A DNA stretch of 64,000 bases, from positions 889,830 through 953,829 of the forward strand of contig CATQHC010000002.1 of the NCBI GenBank assembly GCA_958295775.1. Reading direction: 5' to 3'. This document shows, piece after piece, positions 1-10,818 of this stretch (the first letter of the stretch is position 1; every line of letters starts with the position of its first letter). The notes under the pieces are model-generated. The model ran no database searches. It saw nothing but the letters and a program-made list of their open reading frames with translations, and was not told where the DNA came from. This stretch comes from Chloroflexota bacterium (GTDB lineage: Bacteria; Chloroflexota; UBA11872; VXOZ01). Both the position numbers and the translations under genes were made by a program.

Positions 1-2279
1 CGAATGGCCTCATGACCGACTACCTCTGGAAAGAAGTGCTCACCCGCAAAAGCCTGACGAACATCATTGAGAATTACGCCCAGGTCGTAGAAACCAAGGA
101 CGAGAGGTCGCAACGGAAGAAGCGGGATCAAATCTGGCCGCGCTACCACCAGTTGGACGTCGTGCGCAAACTGCTGGCCGACGCGGTAGAGCATGGCGTC
201 GGCAAGCGCTACCTGATCCAGCACTCCGCCGGCAGCGGCAAGTCCAACTCTATCGCCTGGCTGGCGCATCAACTCATCGGGCTGAAACAAGAAAACGGCG
301 CGCTCTTCGACTCGGTCGTGGTCGTCACCGACCGCCGCGTTCTCGATAAACAGATCCGGGATACCATCAAGCAGTTCGCACAAGTTGGCGCCATTGTCGG
401 CGCTGCCGAGAGCTCAGGGGAACTAAAGCAGTTTATAGCAGAAGGCAAGCGCATCATCATTTCCACGGTGCAGAAGTTTCCGTTCATTCTGGACGCAATC
501 GGTAGCAAGCACCGGGGACGGCGCTTCGCCATCATCATTGACGAAGCGCACTCCGGCCAAGGCGGCGCGACGTCGGCGAAAATGTCACAAGTATTGGGCG
601 AAACCGGCGCAGGGGATGAGTGCGAGACGAACGAAGACAAAATCAACCGGCTGATGGAGTCCAGAAAACTGCTGCCCAACGCCAGCTACTTTGCCTTTAC
701 CGCCACACCCAAGAACAAGACGCTCGAGATATTTGGCACACCCGCGCCGGACGGCGAGCACACGCGGCACCTGCCGTTTCACTCCTACACTATGAAGCAG
801 GCTATCCAAGAGGGATTCATCATCGACGTGCTGAAGCATTACACGCCGGTGAAGGGCTACTACCGCCTCATAAAGACGGTGGAGGACGATCCAGAATTTG
901 ACACGACGCGGGCGTCCAAGAAGCTGCGGCAATACGTTGAAGACCACCGGGAAGCCATTCGCCAAAAGGCGGAAATCATGGTAGACCACTTTCACGACCA
1001 GGTAGCGCGCCAGAAGAAAATAGGTGGGCAAGCGCGTGCAATGGTAGTCACGAGCAGTATCAAACGCGCGATTACGTATTTCTTCGCCATTCGCGACTAC
1101 TTGGAGGAGCGGAAGAGCCCATACAAGGCTATCGCCGCCTTTACAGGCGAGCATGAGCGCGAGGGTGCGCAGGTTTCCGAGTCTTCACTCAATGGGTTTT
1201 CACCAAACCTAATCGCCAGCAGATTTCAAGAAGAGCCGTATCGCTTCCTGGTCTGCGCCGACAAGTTTCAGACCGGTTACGACGAACCGCTGCTGCACAC
1301 GATGTACGTAGACAAGCCATTGTCAGGCGTTCGAGCGGTGCAAACGCTCTCACGCCTAAATCGGGCGCACCCGAAGAAACATGACGCCTTCGTGCTGGAC
1401 TTTGCCAATGACACCGACATCATCGAGGTGGCATTCGCCGACTACTACCGTACGACGATTTTGGCAGAAGAGACCGACCCCAACCGCCTGCATGACCTAC
1501 AGGCGGCACTTGACTGCCGTCAGGTGTACGCTCCGGAACAGGTTGAGGAAATAGTCGTAATGTGTCTGGCAGGTTCTCAGCGCGACCGGCTTGATCCAAT
1601 ATTGGACACGTGTGTCTCCCGCTATCGCGAGGAATTAGATGAAGACGGGCAGGTGGACTTCAAGAGCAAGGCTAAGGCATTTCTGCGAGCGTACGGCTTC
1701 CTATCCGCTATCCTGCCGTACAACTACGCCCCGTGGGAGAAGCTGTCCATTTTTCTGAACTTCCTCGTGCCCAAATTGCCCGCGCCGGAGGAAGACGATC
1801 TGTCAATAGGTATCCTGGAAGCCATCGACATGGACAGCTATCGGGCGGAGAAGCAGGCCATGGAGGAGATCCGGCTGGCCGATGCAGACGCGGAAATTGA
1901 CCCGGTGCCCACCGATGGCGGCGGACACAAGCCGGAGCCGGAATATGAACAACTATCCAACATCATCAGGGAGTTCAATGACTTATTTGGCAGCATACAA
2001 TGGGAACATAGGGACAAGATCCTAAGCCTAGTTACTAAGGACCTACCTGACATGCTTACCCAAGACCCAGCGCTTAGGAACGCCATGGCCAACGCCGATC
2101 GGCAGAACGCGAGAATAGAGCACGATAGGACCTTGGAGCGCCTAATCAGAGGACTGCTGGCAGACCAAACCGAACTATACAAGCAATTCTATGACAATGA
2201 ATCATTTCGTCAATGGCTAAGCGCCAAGCTCTTTGAGATTACGTATAGGTCCTCTGACCGCGACAACATTCAAGTGTAG
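1..2279 (+). CDS. hsdR: Type I restriction-modification R subunit (HsdR)-like SF2 helicase/nuclease; 5' end cut by window edge
   Basis: Reading frame is open from base 1 upstream of the ATG at 12. Helicase motif I QHSAGSGKSNS and DEAH motif II IIIDEAHSGQGG match the HsdR pattern. Long C-terminal region typical of HsdR. The missing N-terminal nuclease domain should lie upstream of the window. Confidence 0.7.
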   Translation, partial: NGLMTDYLWKEVLTRKSLTNIIENYAQVVETKDERSQRKKRDQIWPRYHQLDVVRKLLADAVEHGVGKRYLIQHSAGSGKSNSIAWLAHQLIGLKQENGALFDSVVVVTDRRVLDKQIRDTIKQFAQVGAIVGAAESSGELKQFIAEGKRIIISTVQKFPFILDAIGSKHRGRRFAIIIDEAHSGQGGATSAKMSQVLGETGAGDECETNEDKINRLMESRKLLPNASYFAFTATPKNKTLEIFGTPAPDGEHTRHLPFHSYTMKQAIQEGFIIDVLKHYTPVKGYYRLIKTVEDDPEFDTTRASKKLRQYVEDHREAIRQKAEIMVDHFHDQVARQKKIGGQARAMVVTSSIKRAITYFFAIRDYLEERKSPYKAIAAFTGEHEREGAQVSESSLNGFSPNLIASRFQEEPYRFLVCADKFQTGYDEPLLHTMYVDKPLSGVRAVQTLSRLNRAHPKKHDAFVLDFANDTDIIEVAFADYYRTTILAEETDPNRLHDLQAALDCRQVYAPEQVEEIVVMCLAGSQRDRLDPILDTCVSRYREELDEDGQVDFKSKAKAFLRAYGFLSAILPYNYAPWEKLSIFLNFLVPKLPAPEEDDLSIGILEAIDMDSYRAEKQAMEEIRLADADAEIDPVPTDGGGHKPEPEYEQLSNIIREFNDLFGSIQWEHRDKILSLVTKDLPDMLTQDPALRNAMANADRQNARIEHDRTLERLIRGLLADQTELYKQFYDNESFRQWLSAKLFEITYRSSDRDNIQV

Positions 2280-2352
2280 TCCGTTAATGGCATACAATGG
2301 GGACAAAGAATTGTCTGTATCTCGACTGCAAAATCCTAGAGCCGATTGACTG

Positions 2353-3507
2353 ATGAGATCTACACGAGGATTCGCATTTCGTACTCTCATTGGCATTCTG
2401 GCGTTCCTGGCTCTGGTAGCGAATTGCCAGACCGCGCCGGGGTCGATGGATGGGACATTGGAGATCCCGTCGGGGCGGGAGCCGAATGCGGCGGTGAGTG
2501 GGACGGTAACGTATCGGGAGCGGATTGCGCTGACGCCGGGGGCAACGCTGGTGGTGGAGTTGCGGGACGTGTCATTGCAGGACGCGGCGGCGCCCCTCAT
2601 CGCGCGGCAGACTATTGAAGACCCCGGTCAGGTGCCGATCGCGTTCAAGGTGGAGTACAGCCGCGAGGACATAAACTCCCGCAACACCTATGCGATACAG
2701 GCCAAAATCATCGAATCCGATGGTCGCCTTGCCTTCACGAACGATACGGCGTATGACGTGATCACGCGGGGTAATCCCAACAGTGTGGACATGGTCCTGG
2801 TGCTGGTACAGCCGCCGCCCGATCAGGTGGAGGAAGGGCAGGACTGGCGCAAGTGGGTGGAGGCGCCGGTACCGGTCATCTGGGCGAACCTGATCCCAAA
2901 CGAGGAAGAACCGCTGCTGCGGATTGCCTACTACCAGTCAACCATCGAAGGGTGCGCCCGTCCCGGCAACGAGGAACTCCATATTGAGGGATTCGACATC
3001 ATTGCCCGGGTCACGCTAATGCAGCCACCGGCAACTTCTTGGGCGATTCCGTGCGACGAGAAGGTCGTCGAGTTGGACACAGTACTGCCGATTGAGGCGT
3101 CGCTCGAACCCGAGCAGACCTACCGGGTGATCGTCAACGATCGAATTACTACGACGTTCTCCTTGCCTAGGTCCGATTTTCCCGACTCCGCCATTAGAGA
3201 GTCTCCCATTGAGCTTGCAGAGATAGAGGTCCTGGGAGGCACGCCAACGGGATATCAACTGCGGGTAACTTCCGGCATGCCCTCCGGCAGTTGTTCGCAC
3301 TTCAACGGCTACGAGATCCGGCGGGATAGTTCGAATGCAATCGATGTCCGCGTTACCCACCACTACGTCGTTGCAGAGGGAGTCGCCTGCACCACAGACT
3401 ATCCCATTGTCGAGACCGTTGTCCCCCTGGGTGCTGACTTTGAAGCGGGTACAGAGTACACTATTACTGTCAACGGTCAGATCTCCTTGTCACTTGTCGC
3501 TCGTTAG
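2353..3507 (+). CDS. Secreted YbaY-family lipoprotein-like protein
   Basis: N-terminal signal peptide (FRTLIGILAFLALVANC). The block GTVTYRERIALTPGATLVVELRDVSLQDAAAPLIARQTIEDPGQVPIAFKVEY matches the YbaY/lipoprotein domain pattern recalled from memory. Confidence 0.55.
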   Translation: MRSTRGFAFRTLIGILAFLALVANCQTAPGSMDGTLEIPSGREPNAAVSGTVTYRERIALTPGATLVVELRDVSLQDAAAPLIARQTIEDPGQVPIAFKVEYSREDINSRNTYAIQAKIIESDGRLAFTNDTAYDVITRGNPNSVDMVLVLVQPPPDQVEEGQDWRKWVEAPVPVIWANLIPNEEEPLLRIAYYQSTIEGCARPGNEELHIEGFDIIARVTLMQPPATSWAIPCDEKVVELDTVLPIEASLEPEQTYRVIVNDRITTTFSLPRSDFPDSAIRESPIELAEIEVLGGTPTGYQLRVTSGMPSGSCSHFNGYEIRRDSSNAIDVRVTHHYVVAEGVACTTDYPIVETVVPLGADFEAGTEYTITVNGQISLSLVAR

Positions 3508-3901
3508 CCTGGCGCATTTCAAATTCAGATCGCACCATTCCCTTTGCATCCGGAAAGTCAAAGGAGTCCCGGCGGCTTGCGGCTGCCGGTGGTGACGGCA
3601 AGCCTGACGACCAAACGGCAATCCTACCTGATTTCCAAGCAACGACTTCGGAATCGTCCTGGTCCACGAAGGCATGGTTACCGTTTCAGGTGGATTAGAA
3701 GAGTTGGTGGCGCAGCGAGCTATGGAGCGGCCATTGGGCAGGTCTATGCAGTCCTACAGGATTCAGGCAACGCCGATCAGCAGATTGACCGCTTCCTTCC
3801 TTGCAGAAACCGTCACCAGCAAATTACGCATTCATATGGTGCAGTCATTGAAATAGGGAAGAGTTGCAGCCGCTCCGCTGGGAAGGGGCAAGGGAGGCCA
3901 C

Positions 3902-4492
3902 ATGTTAGACCTAACGCAGCACCCGGAACTGTACGTAAAACAGGAGATAGAGCACCTTGAAGTCTTCACGGGATATGAGACCAAAAACCGCTATAGCGTG
4001 AGAACGCCGGAAGGGCAGCAGCTCTTGTACGCCTTCGAAGAATCGGGCTTGCTGGGTCGCAACATCCTTAGCTCGCACCGGCCGCTGACGGTCCACGTTG
4101 TAGACAGGAATAACAACAACGTGATCACCGCCAGCCGGAGCTTCTTCTGGTTTCTCTCCCACCTGCACGTGAGCGACGGCACAGGGCAGCGTGTCGGTTC
4201 GATGCAGCGGCGCTTTTCACTTTTTACCCGCCGTTTCGACCTGATGGATGGGAGCGGCAGCGTAGTGGCGGAGATGCGCGGCCCGATCTTCCGTCCCTTT
4301 ACCTTCATGGTCTACCAGCAGGGACAGGAAATAGGCCGCGTCACGAAGCAGTGGAGCGGCATCGGCCGGGAGGCGTTCACCGACGCCGACACGTTCAAAG
4401 TGGAAGTCGACACCAGCCGGATGGGCGAGGACTTTTCCTTGCTCATGCTCGCCAGCGCGATCGCGATCGATCTCGACTTCTTTGAGAAGTAA
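3902..4492 (+). CDS. Phospholipid scramblase (PLSCR)-family protein
   Basis: 196 aa. GGGAGG ribosome-binding site just upstream. Similar in length and motif layout to the eukaryote-type scramblase family (C-terminal hydrophobic helix LLMLASAIAIDLDFF). Confidence 0.55.
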   Translation: MLDLTQHPELYVKQEIEHLEVFTGYETKNRYSVRTPEGQQLLYAFEESGLLGRNILSSHRPLTVHVVDRNNNNVITASRSFFWFLSHLHVSDGTGQRVGSMQRRFSLFTRRFDLMDGSGSVVAEMRGPIFRPFTFMVYQQGQEIGRVTKQWSGIGREAFTDADTFKVEVDTSRMGEDFSLLMLASAIAIDLDFFEK

Positions 4493-4962
4493 GCGAGCAC
4501 GCCGCTACCTCGATGTGCACGTGCGCCCAACTTCAGCCGACGTGACGGCGGTGAAGGTCGCCATTCACGAGCCAATCGAGAGTCGTCGAGGCGTCTGCGC
4601 TCGCAGATTTCAGCCCCATTTGCCAGAAATCCAAGCGCGCGGCCAACCCCTTCCGGTCCGGCAATCACCACCTCGCCTGCGCCGCCGGTCACCGCGCGTA
4701 GGTGATCGCGAATCGCGCCGTCCGTGCTGCCGGCGCCAGGGCAGCGTTCGCGTCATGAAACTCTATTGCGTACGTGAGAACGGAGAGGCTGCCGTACTCA
4801 GCAGATTCCTCTACCTGTGCAAGCGAGGGTGCCGACGCCTGATCGGCGACTGCCGCGATGACGTCCAAGCCGCCAAGATGTCCGCTGTCAAAAGGTGTCC
4901 GCAGACTAGCCTTGCCAACGGGCTCACCCCACAAGCCGGTCAGGAGCGTAGGCCCGGGCAAG

Positions 4963-5787
4963 TTATGGCTTAGTGCCCATACACTCGCCAAAGGCGAATG
5001 TTCCAAACGCCCCCGGTTCGTCCCGCCATTCGTCGAGGTCTTGGCGCCACTCTGCAAACTGCTCGCGCGTGGCCACCCCGTATTTCGTCGCCACTTCCAC
5101 TACTTCAGGTGCATGGAACCATTCCAAGATGAATTGGAAGAGAAACGCGATATCCTGCGATGTGCCGAAATAGTCGAAGGATGCGCTTGCCCGCACATTG
5201 GCCAATCCGGCGTCAAGAAAGTGGGCTTTCAGCTCTTTGCCCATTTCAGGATGGCCACCGTTGCCTTTGAGCAGCATTGCGAAGGCATTCCAGGCTTGTC
5301 GCGTCTTTTCTTCGCCCGGTTCGAGAAACGAAGATGAAACGATAAGTTCGCGGCTGCACAGCAGACCGCCGGGCTTGAGCACGCGCATTGCCTCGCTCAG
5401 CGCGGCGGCCGTAACGGGCACGTGCGTGAGCACCGTGTGGCAGAAGGCAACGTCGAAATAGTCGTCTGCGAACGGAAGCTTGGTTACGTCGCCTACGTGG
5501 AAAGTGGCATTGGCGTGCCCGCCGGCACTCGCGGCAGCTCTGGCAATGGCAATCTGTGATTCTTCCATGTCGATGCCATGGAACTCACCGGGTTCTACTG
5601 CGCTCGCCAGGCCCACTGAAATGGTCCCAGGGCCGCAGCCAAAGTCGAGAAGCCGTTGGCCCGGCTCTAGATGGGGCAGCAGCATGGCCGCGTTGGTTTG
5701 GGCGCTGCGTCGGTTGAGAAGCTGGAGAAAATCCTCTCCATAGCCCATCGTGTAGGAGGATTCGTCAGTCGTCTGCTCTGGCATTCG
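4963..5787 (-). CDS. Class I SAM-dependent methyltransferase
   Basis: Motif I LLDFGCGPGTIS; acidic motif II HGIDMEE; VLKPGGLL post-motif. Start is probably MPEQ (5787) rather than the ORF-track start at 5823. Confidence 0.8.
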   Translation of the reverse strand, partial: RMPEQTTDESSYTMGYGEDFLQLLNRRSAQTNAAMLLPHLEPGQRLLDFGCGPGTISVGLASAVEPGEFHGIDMEESQIAIARAAASAGGHANATFHVGDVTKLPFADDYFDVAFCHTVLTHVPVTAAALSEAMRVLKPGGLLCSRELIVSSSFLEPGEEKTRQAWNAFAMLLKGNGGHPEMGKELKAHFLDAGLANVRASASFDYFGTSQDIAFLFQFILEWFHAPEVVEVATKYGVATREQFAEWRQDLDEWRDEPGAFGTFAFGECMGTKP

Positions 5788-6268
5788 TCCTGCTCCTTTG
5801 CAGCTACGTTTGAGATACACCAAGGTACATCAAGATCAGGGATATGATACCTCTATGATAGGAAACAACCCGCGGTCTGTCCATGCATTGAATTGAAAAT
5901 TATTGAGATGGTTCTTGAAGCGGAAATTACCCAAAACCAGCCACTGCGGACCGCACCGGGCAACCAAAAATCGCGAGAGAGAGCCTGCATGTGTTTAACG
6001 CACTAGCACGCCCATCGCACAACTCCCTTTCGCGCAACAGTTACAATTGCGGTACACTGAATTTCAGACGCTACCCACCTCTATGTTCTTGTAGGACCTA
6101 TGCATTCGTTAACTAGGATTTGCAAAGCACGCCAAGAACACGCGAGAAGTGGAATGTGCTGCATCCGGTTCGACCTCGCGGATCGGAAGAGTTGCTCGTC
6201 TTGCCAGCGGGTGAGTGCTCGCGCACACTGCTGCCCTCGACACTAATCACCCTACCCTGGAGGGAACC

Positions 6269-6691
6269 ATGCCACTGAACATCTACCTGACATTCGCTGA
6301 CAACTGCCGCGAAGTCTTTGACTTTTACCGCTCCGTCTTTGGCGGTGAGTACTTGATATTTCAGACTTTCGGTGACGGCCCCGCCGACATGGAAATTTCG
6401 GAATCGGAGCGAGATAGAGTCATGCACGTGACCTTGTCGATTGGGGATGCCGTCCTCATGGGGAGCGATACTGCCGCCGCCTTCAGCCCTCCGCCTACTC
6501 CCGGCAACAACTTTTCGCTTTCCTATACGCCGACTAGCAAAGAGGAGACAGATGAGCTTTTCGCCAAGCTGTCCGCAGGCGGCAAGGTGACCATGCCGTT
6601 GCAGGAGACGTTCTGGGGCGCGTATTTTGGCTCATGCACTGACAAGTACGGCATCAATTGGCAGCTCGATTTTGAGCTCCCGACGGAGTGA
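6269..6691 (+). CDS. VOC/glyoxalase-superfamily protein (PhnB-like)
   Basis: MPLNIYLTFADNCREVFDFYRSVFGG...FWGAYFGSCTDKYGINWQL is a typical PhnB/3-demethylubiquinone methyltransferase-like VOC fold. GGAGGGAACC ribosome-binding site before the ATG at 6269. Confidence 0.75.
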   Translation: MPLNIYLTFADNCREVFDFYRSVFGGEYLIFQTFGDGPADMEISESERDRVMHVTLSIGDAVLMGSDTAAAFSPPPTPGNNFSLSYTPTSKEETDELFAKLSAGGKVTMPLQETFWGAYFGSCTDKYGINWQLDFELPTE

Positions 6692-7480
6692 CGCTGACAG
6701 CTCTTGTGCCCAGGGCCGGTGTGTCATTCGTCAGTCGGTGGCAGGCGCGCAGACCCAGACCGCTTCTTGCCTGTGCGGCAGAGTGCAGCGCACCTATTGC
6801 GCTCGAACTATTCATTGATTCAGCAGGTGGTTGCACAAGCCGCAAGAGTGATCAAGAGAAGCTCTAGGGATTGGTCGAGGGAAACCTATTCGAAGCGCGA
6901 TCTACTGGGCTCCACGGCTACCGGCTCGGTCCCATCCAAGAAGGCAAGAAACTCATACGAACACTCCTGCGAACGCACATAGTGCTACGCATTGGTCTTG
7001 GGGGCGGCTCTTGCCGGTTGCAGTAGCGGCGGCGAGTCTGATGGGCACTCAGGAGGCACGGAACATGGGCCGGCTACGCCGGTAGACCTGGCTCCGGGTC
7101 AGTCAGTCGACATCGCCCTCCCGACCGCTGAGTGAGCCTTCACGTCTTGGCGTGCCCACCTCGAAGTTGGCTGACACTTGACCGACGTGGAGGTTCCTTG
7201 CCCTTGATATTGGGCTCGCACACTTCGTCACTGGGCGGTGTTCCGCTTCCATAGGGTCTGCGGTGGTGCACAAGCACCCGAATCCTCTGTATGCTGAAGA
7301 GAGACGAAAACGATTTTGGCGAAGCGCAGGTCAATCGCGCCAGGAACTGAATTCTCACGCATGCGGAATTGCTTGCCGACTCGTTGCTGCACAGCATAGA
7401 TGCAATTCGCCGAGCCTGCCCTGACTATGGAAATGCTATTTCCCTGCACCATTCATGACTAGCTTTAACGGTGATCCACG

Positions 7481-9634
7481 ATGATAGAGAATGTACCTTT
7501 ACTTAGCAGACGGGCACTGCTCGTCGGCGGGGCCGCCCTTGGAGTGGCTGCGTGCGGCGGCCCGGCTCGAGGTCTAGACCCTCTGGAATCTATCCACCAG
7601 GGCTTGGGGATCACTCCGCTTCCGCGTCCTTGGAAGCCGCTCGTCGTGCGCGGTACAGCGGTGGAAGTAGCGGGGCATCGCTACCGGTTTGACGCCGGCC
7701 CGCTTCCCACCAGTTTGGAAGTGAATGGGACCGAATTCCTCTTCGATGCGATCAAATTAGACGTCCGCATCCAAGATGAACTGTTGGTCTGGCAGCGGGC
7801 CCGGGCGATATCGATAGATGCCGCCGCAGTGGAACTACTCGCACGGGGCAACGCCGGTGATCTCATCGCCCAAGCCCGCGTTATTATAAGCTACGACGGC
7901 ACCTGCCGGATTCGAGTAAGCCTTATTCCCCAAGGCTTGATCACGATTGACTCGATCCTCCTTGACATGCCAATTGTTCGGTCTGAGACGACCCACTACG
8001 TGCATCACCTCTTGGGCGCGGAAACTGCCCTCTTTTCCCCGCAGGAACTCGCAGGTGTTCCCCAGGACCAGTGGGGCGGCGGCCGTCTCCCCGACAGTGG
8101 CTGGTCGGGAGACATTACGCCCTTCGTTTGGGTAGGAAACCCCAATCGAGGCGTCACCTGGTTTTCGGATACTGTCATCGGCCCGCAACGGCCGGGACCG
8201 GCCGCCCAAGTGCAGGTGCGACCGGTGGAAGGCGCAATGCGCCTCCTCGTGGAACTCATTACCGACCCCTTGGACATGCCCAATACGGTGCACCTAGACT
8301 TTGGCATTCAGCCAACGCCGGCGCGGCCGGCCACGGGTACCAGCACCGTCATTACGCCATCCGGCGTCAATTGGTCGGTGAATTCTCAAGCGTCCTCTGC
8401 AACCGCGTCTCAGCGCAACACCTCTGATTCCAAGAGCGATCTCGATTCCCTGCGCAACCGGGGAATCACGACGCTCGTTCTGCCCCTAGACTGGTCGGAT
8501 GTTTGGGGCTTCCCCCACCTGGCAGGGGCGGAGCAAAGGCGCGCGTTTCAAGACTTGGTTGACCGCACGCACGACGCCGGGCTGAAGATTCTCCCCGCCG
8601 TCTCGGCGGCCAGGCTCTCGAACAGAGCCCCGGGCGCGGCAGAAATCTTGGAGAGTACAGGGTCGCAGGGAGAACCGATTACGGTGAGTGCAACACCTCC
8701 GGAACAAGCCTATCCCCTCTTTCACTCCGCCGCCTCTGCCGCCTACTTTGAAGAAGCTATGCGCGCATTGGCCACCGATTTTCCAATAGACGGCGTGTTC
8801 GTAGACATCGGCGAACCGGCAGTGCGACCCGTTGACCTCAATGAGAGCGTGCCGGGCGCAGTCGGCGCATTTGACCTGCATGCGCGCCGCGATCTCTTGA
8901 GGCGACTCTACGCGCTCTTTCACGGCGGCCTGCGCGAGAACGACGAGGAGGGCATCGTGATTGCCCAGTCACCGGTGCCTTGGTCAATGATCAATTGCTT
9001 TGCGGACCTGACAGTGACGGGGTTCAATCTGTATCAATCCATCGCTTCGCGTCGCCTCAGCGGCGAGGCATTGGCCGATCGCTGGCAGCCTGATCTTGTG
9101 CCATTTCTCTACGGCGACGTTCTCCACACGGTGCCAACGCTCTGGCAGGTGCCTGCGGCCGCGTCTCAGTTCCCGAGCATCATCGAAACCTATACACGGG
9201 CGAACCTATTGAACGACCGGGAACTCTTTGGGCTGGCAGCCGTGCACAACACATTGCTGTGGCGGGAAGACTACAACGCTACCGCCGAGACTGATGACCT
9301 CGAGCGTTTACGTGCATTGCGGGAGAGTCTGGGCTTTGGCAACGCATCATGGCATCCGTATTGGCGACAGCAAGACGAGCTAGTCATTGAGCCGCCAAGT
9401 ACGCTGTACGGCTTCTGGTACCGCGGTTCCGGTTCTATTCTGCTCCTCCTGCTCAACGGCGCTAATACTGAACAGGACATCTTGGTCGAAGTAGCCTCGG
9501 CGGTATCCGATAGCAATGCAACGCTCTCGGTGAAGGATGTTTGGGGCAACCTTCAGGTGCACACGCGAGACCACCTTGCCATTACAACTTTGGCTCCCTC
9601 CCAGTTTGCCGTGTTGCACATCAACGTCAATTAG
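7481..9634 (+). CDS. Tat-secreted lipoprotein of unknown function (possible glycoside-hydrolase-like TIM barrel)
   Basis: Twin-arginine motif SRRALLVGGAALGVAACGG with lipobox Cys. 717 aa, coding-like composition. No confident family assignment. Confidence 0.5.
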   Translation: MIENVPLLSRRALLVGGAALGVAACGGPARGLDPLESIHQGLGITPLPRPWKPLVVRGTAVEVAGHRYRFDAGPLPTSLEVNGTEFLFDAIKLDVRIQDELLVWQRARAISIDAAAVELLARGNAGDLIAQARVIISYDGTCRIRVSLIPQGLITIDSILLDMPIVRSETTHYVHHLLGAETALFSPQELAGVPQDQWGGGRLPDSGWSGDITPFVWVGNPNRGVTWFSDTVIGPQRPGPAAQVQVRPVEGAMRLLVELITDPLDMPNTVHLDFGIQPTPARPATGTSTVITPSGVNWSVNSQASSATASQRNTSDSKSDLDSLRNRGITTLVLPLDWSDVWGFPHLAGAEQRRAFQDLVDRTHDAGLKILPAVSAARLSNRAPGAAEILESTGSQGEPITVSATPPEQAYPLFHSAASAAYFEEAMRALATDFPIDGVFVDIGEPAVRPVDLNESVPGAVGAFDLHARRDLLRRLYALFHGGLRENDEEGIVIAQSPVPWSMINCFADLTVTGFNLYQSIASRRLSGEALADRWQPDLVPFLYGDVLHTVPTLWQVPAAASQFPSIIETYTRANLLNDRELFGLAAVHNTLLWREDYNATAETDDLERLRALRESLGFGNASWHPYWRQQDELVIEPPSTLYGFWYRGSGSILLLLLNGANTEQDILVEVASAVSDSNATLSVKDVWGNLQVHTRDHLAITTLAPSQFAVLHINVN

Positions 9635-9788
9635 GGCTCGTCGCTGGAAGTCGCAGCAACGAGGAGAACCCTCTGCAAAGAGAGGTCGACAAAGCGCCGC
9701 GGGCAGGCGTTCGCTGGCAACTGAACAGCGCGACGACAAAGCCAGCGCATCGGAGTTGGCACACCGGTTCAGTTACGCCGGACTCCAG

Positions 9789-10569
9789 TCACTGCCCGGA
9801 CTTGGCAAGGAAAGCCGCGCGTGTCTGGGCGGCCAGGGCGACAAAGTCCGCCGCCGACAGACTCGCACCGCCCACAAGCCCGCCGTCCACTTCGGGCTGT
9901 ACGCTGAATTCGGGCCACACATTGGGATTAATGCTGCCGCCGTAGAGGATGCGGATAGCCTCTGCTGCAGAAGCGCCGTGCTCGCGCCGCACCACCTTGC
10001 GCACGAGGCCGATAGTGGCGTTTGCTTCTTCCGGCGCGGGGGTGCGCCCGGTGCCAATCGCCCAAACCGGCTCGTACGCCAAGATGGCGGTCGCGGCCTG
10101 CTGTGCCGACAAGCCTGCGAGAGCTCGTGTTGTCTGCCGGTCGAGCACCTCCAGAGTCTGACCCGCGCGGTTTTCAGCGTCAGTCTCGCCGATACATACA
10201 ATAGGCGTGAGCCCGTGCAGGACCGCCGCGACCAGCTTGCGATTCACCATTTCGTCGGTTTCGCCAAAGTGGCCGCGTCGCTCTGAATGGCCGACAATCA
10301 CGTGAGAACACATTGACGTGAGCATTTGTGGGGAAACTTCCCCCGTATAAGCGCCTTCGGTCTCCCAATGCATGTTCTGCGCGCCTACGGCGATTGTGGT
10401 GCCCTGCATTGCGTTTCGCACCGCGGCAAGGGCAGTAAGCGGAGGGCAAATGATTATGTCAATATCGGGCAGCGCATTCAACCCCTCCTTCATGCCGTCA
10501 GCGAGCGCAACCGCTTGCGCGAGATTCTTGTTCATCTTCCAGTTTCCCGCAATGACATGCTTCCGCATA
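9789..10569 (-). CDS. tpiA: Triosephosphate isomerase
   Basis: KHVIAGNWKMN, IVGHSERR, AYEPVWAIGTG, ILYGGSI. All canonical TIM motifs present. Confidence 0.92.
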
Positions 10570-10818
10570 TGCTTATCCATCCTTCACCCAGATTGGCCTA
10601 GCCAGGCGCAACGTAACGACTTTCCACGATAACTCAATGAGACTATTCATGGTATAGTATGACCGTATTCGGCCGAAGCGTACTTTATTGTACGTGAAGT
10701 GCACACACTTCGCTGTAAGCAACCCTCTATTCTGGATTTCAGCCCGTTTTATCAAGCGATTCGCCGGGTTACGTCCCAAGAGTTGCAGCCTGAAGGCGCC
10801 ATCTGTCTGCAAGCGATG

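Noticed and set aside
269-2600. Multiple 60-190-aa ORFs antisense to or overlapping hsdR and the YbaY-like gene (for example 585-1154 minus, 2387-2575 minus)
   Set aside because: Typical high-GC antisense artefacts, fully embedded in well-supported genes. Arg/Pro/Ala-rich low-complexity translations.
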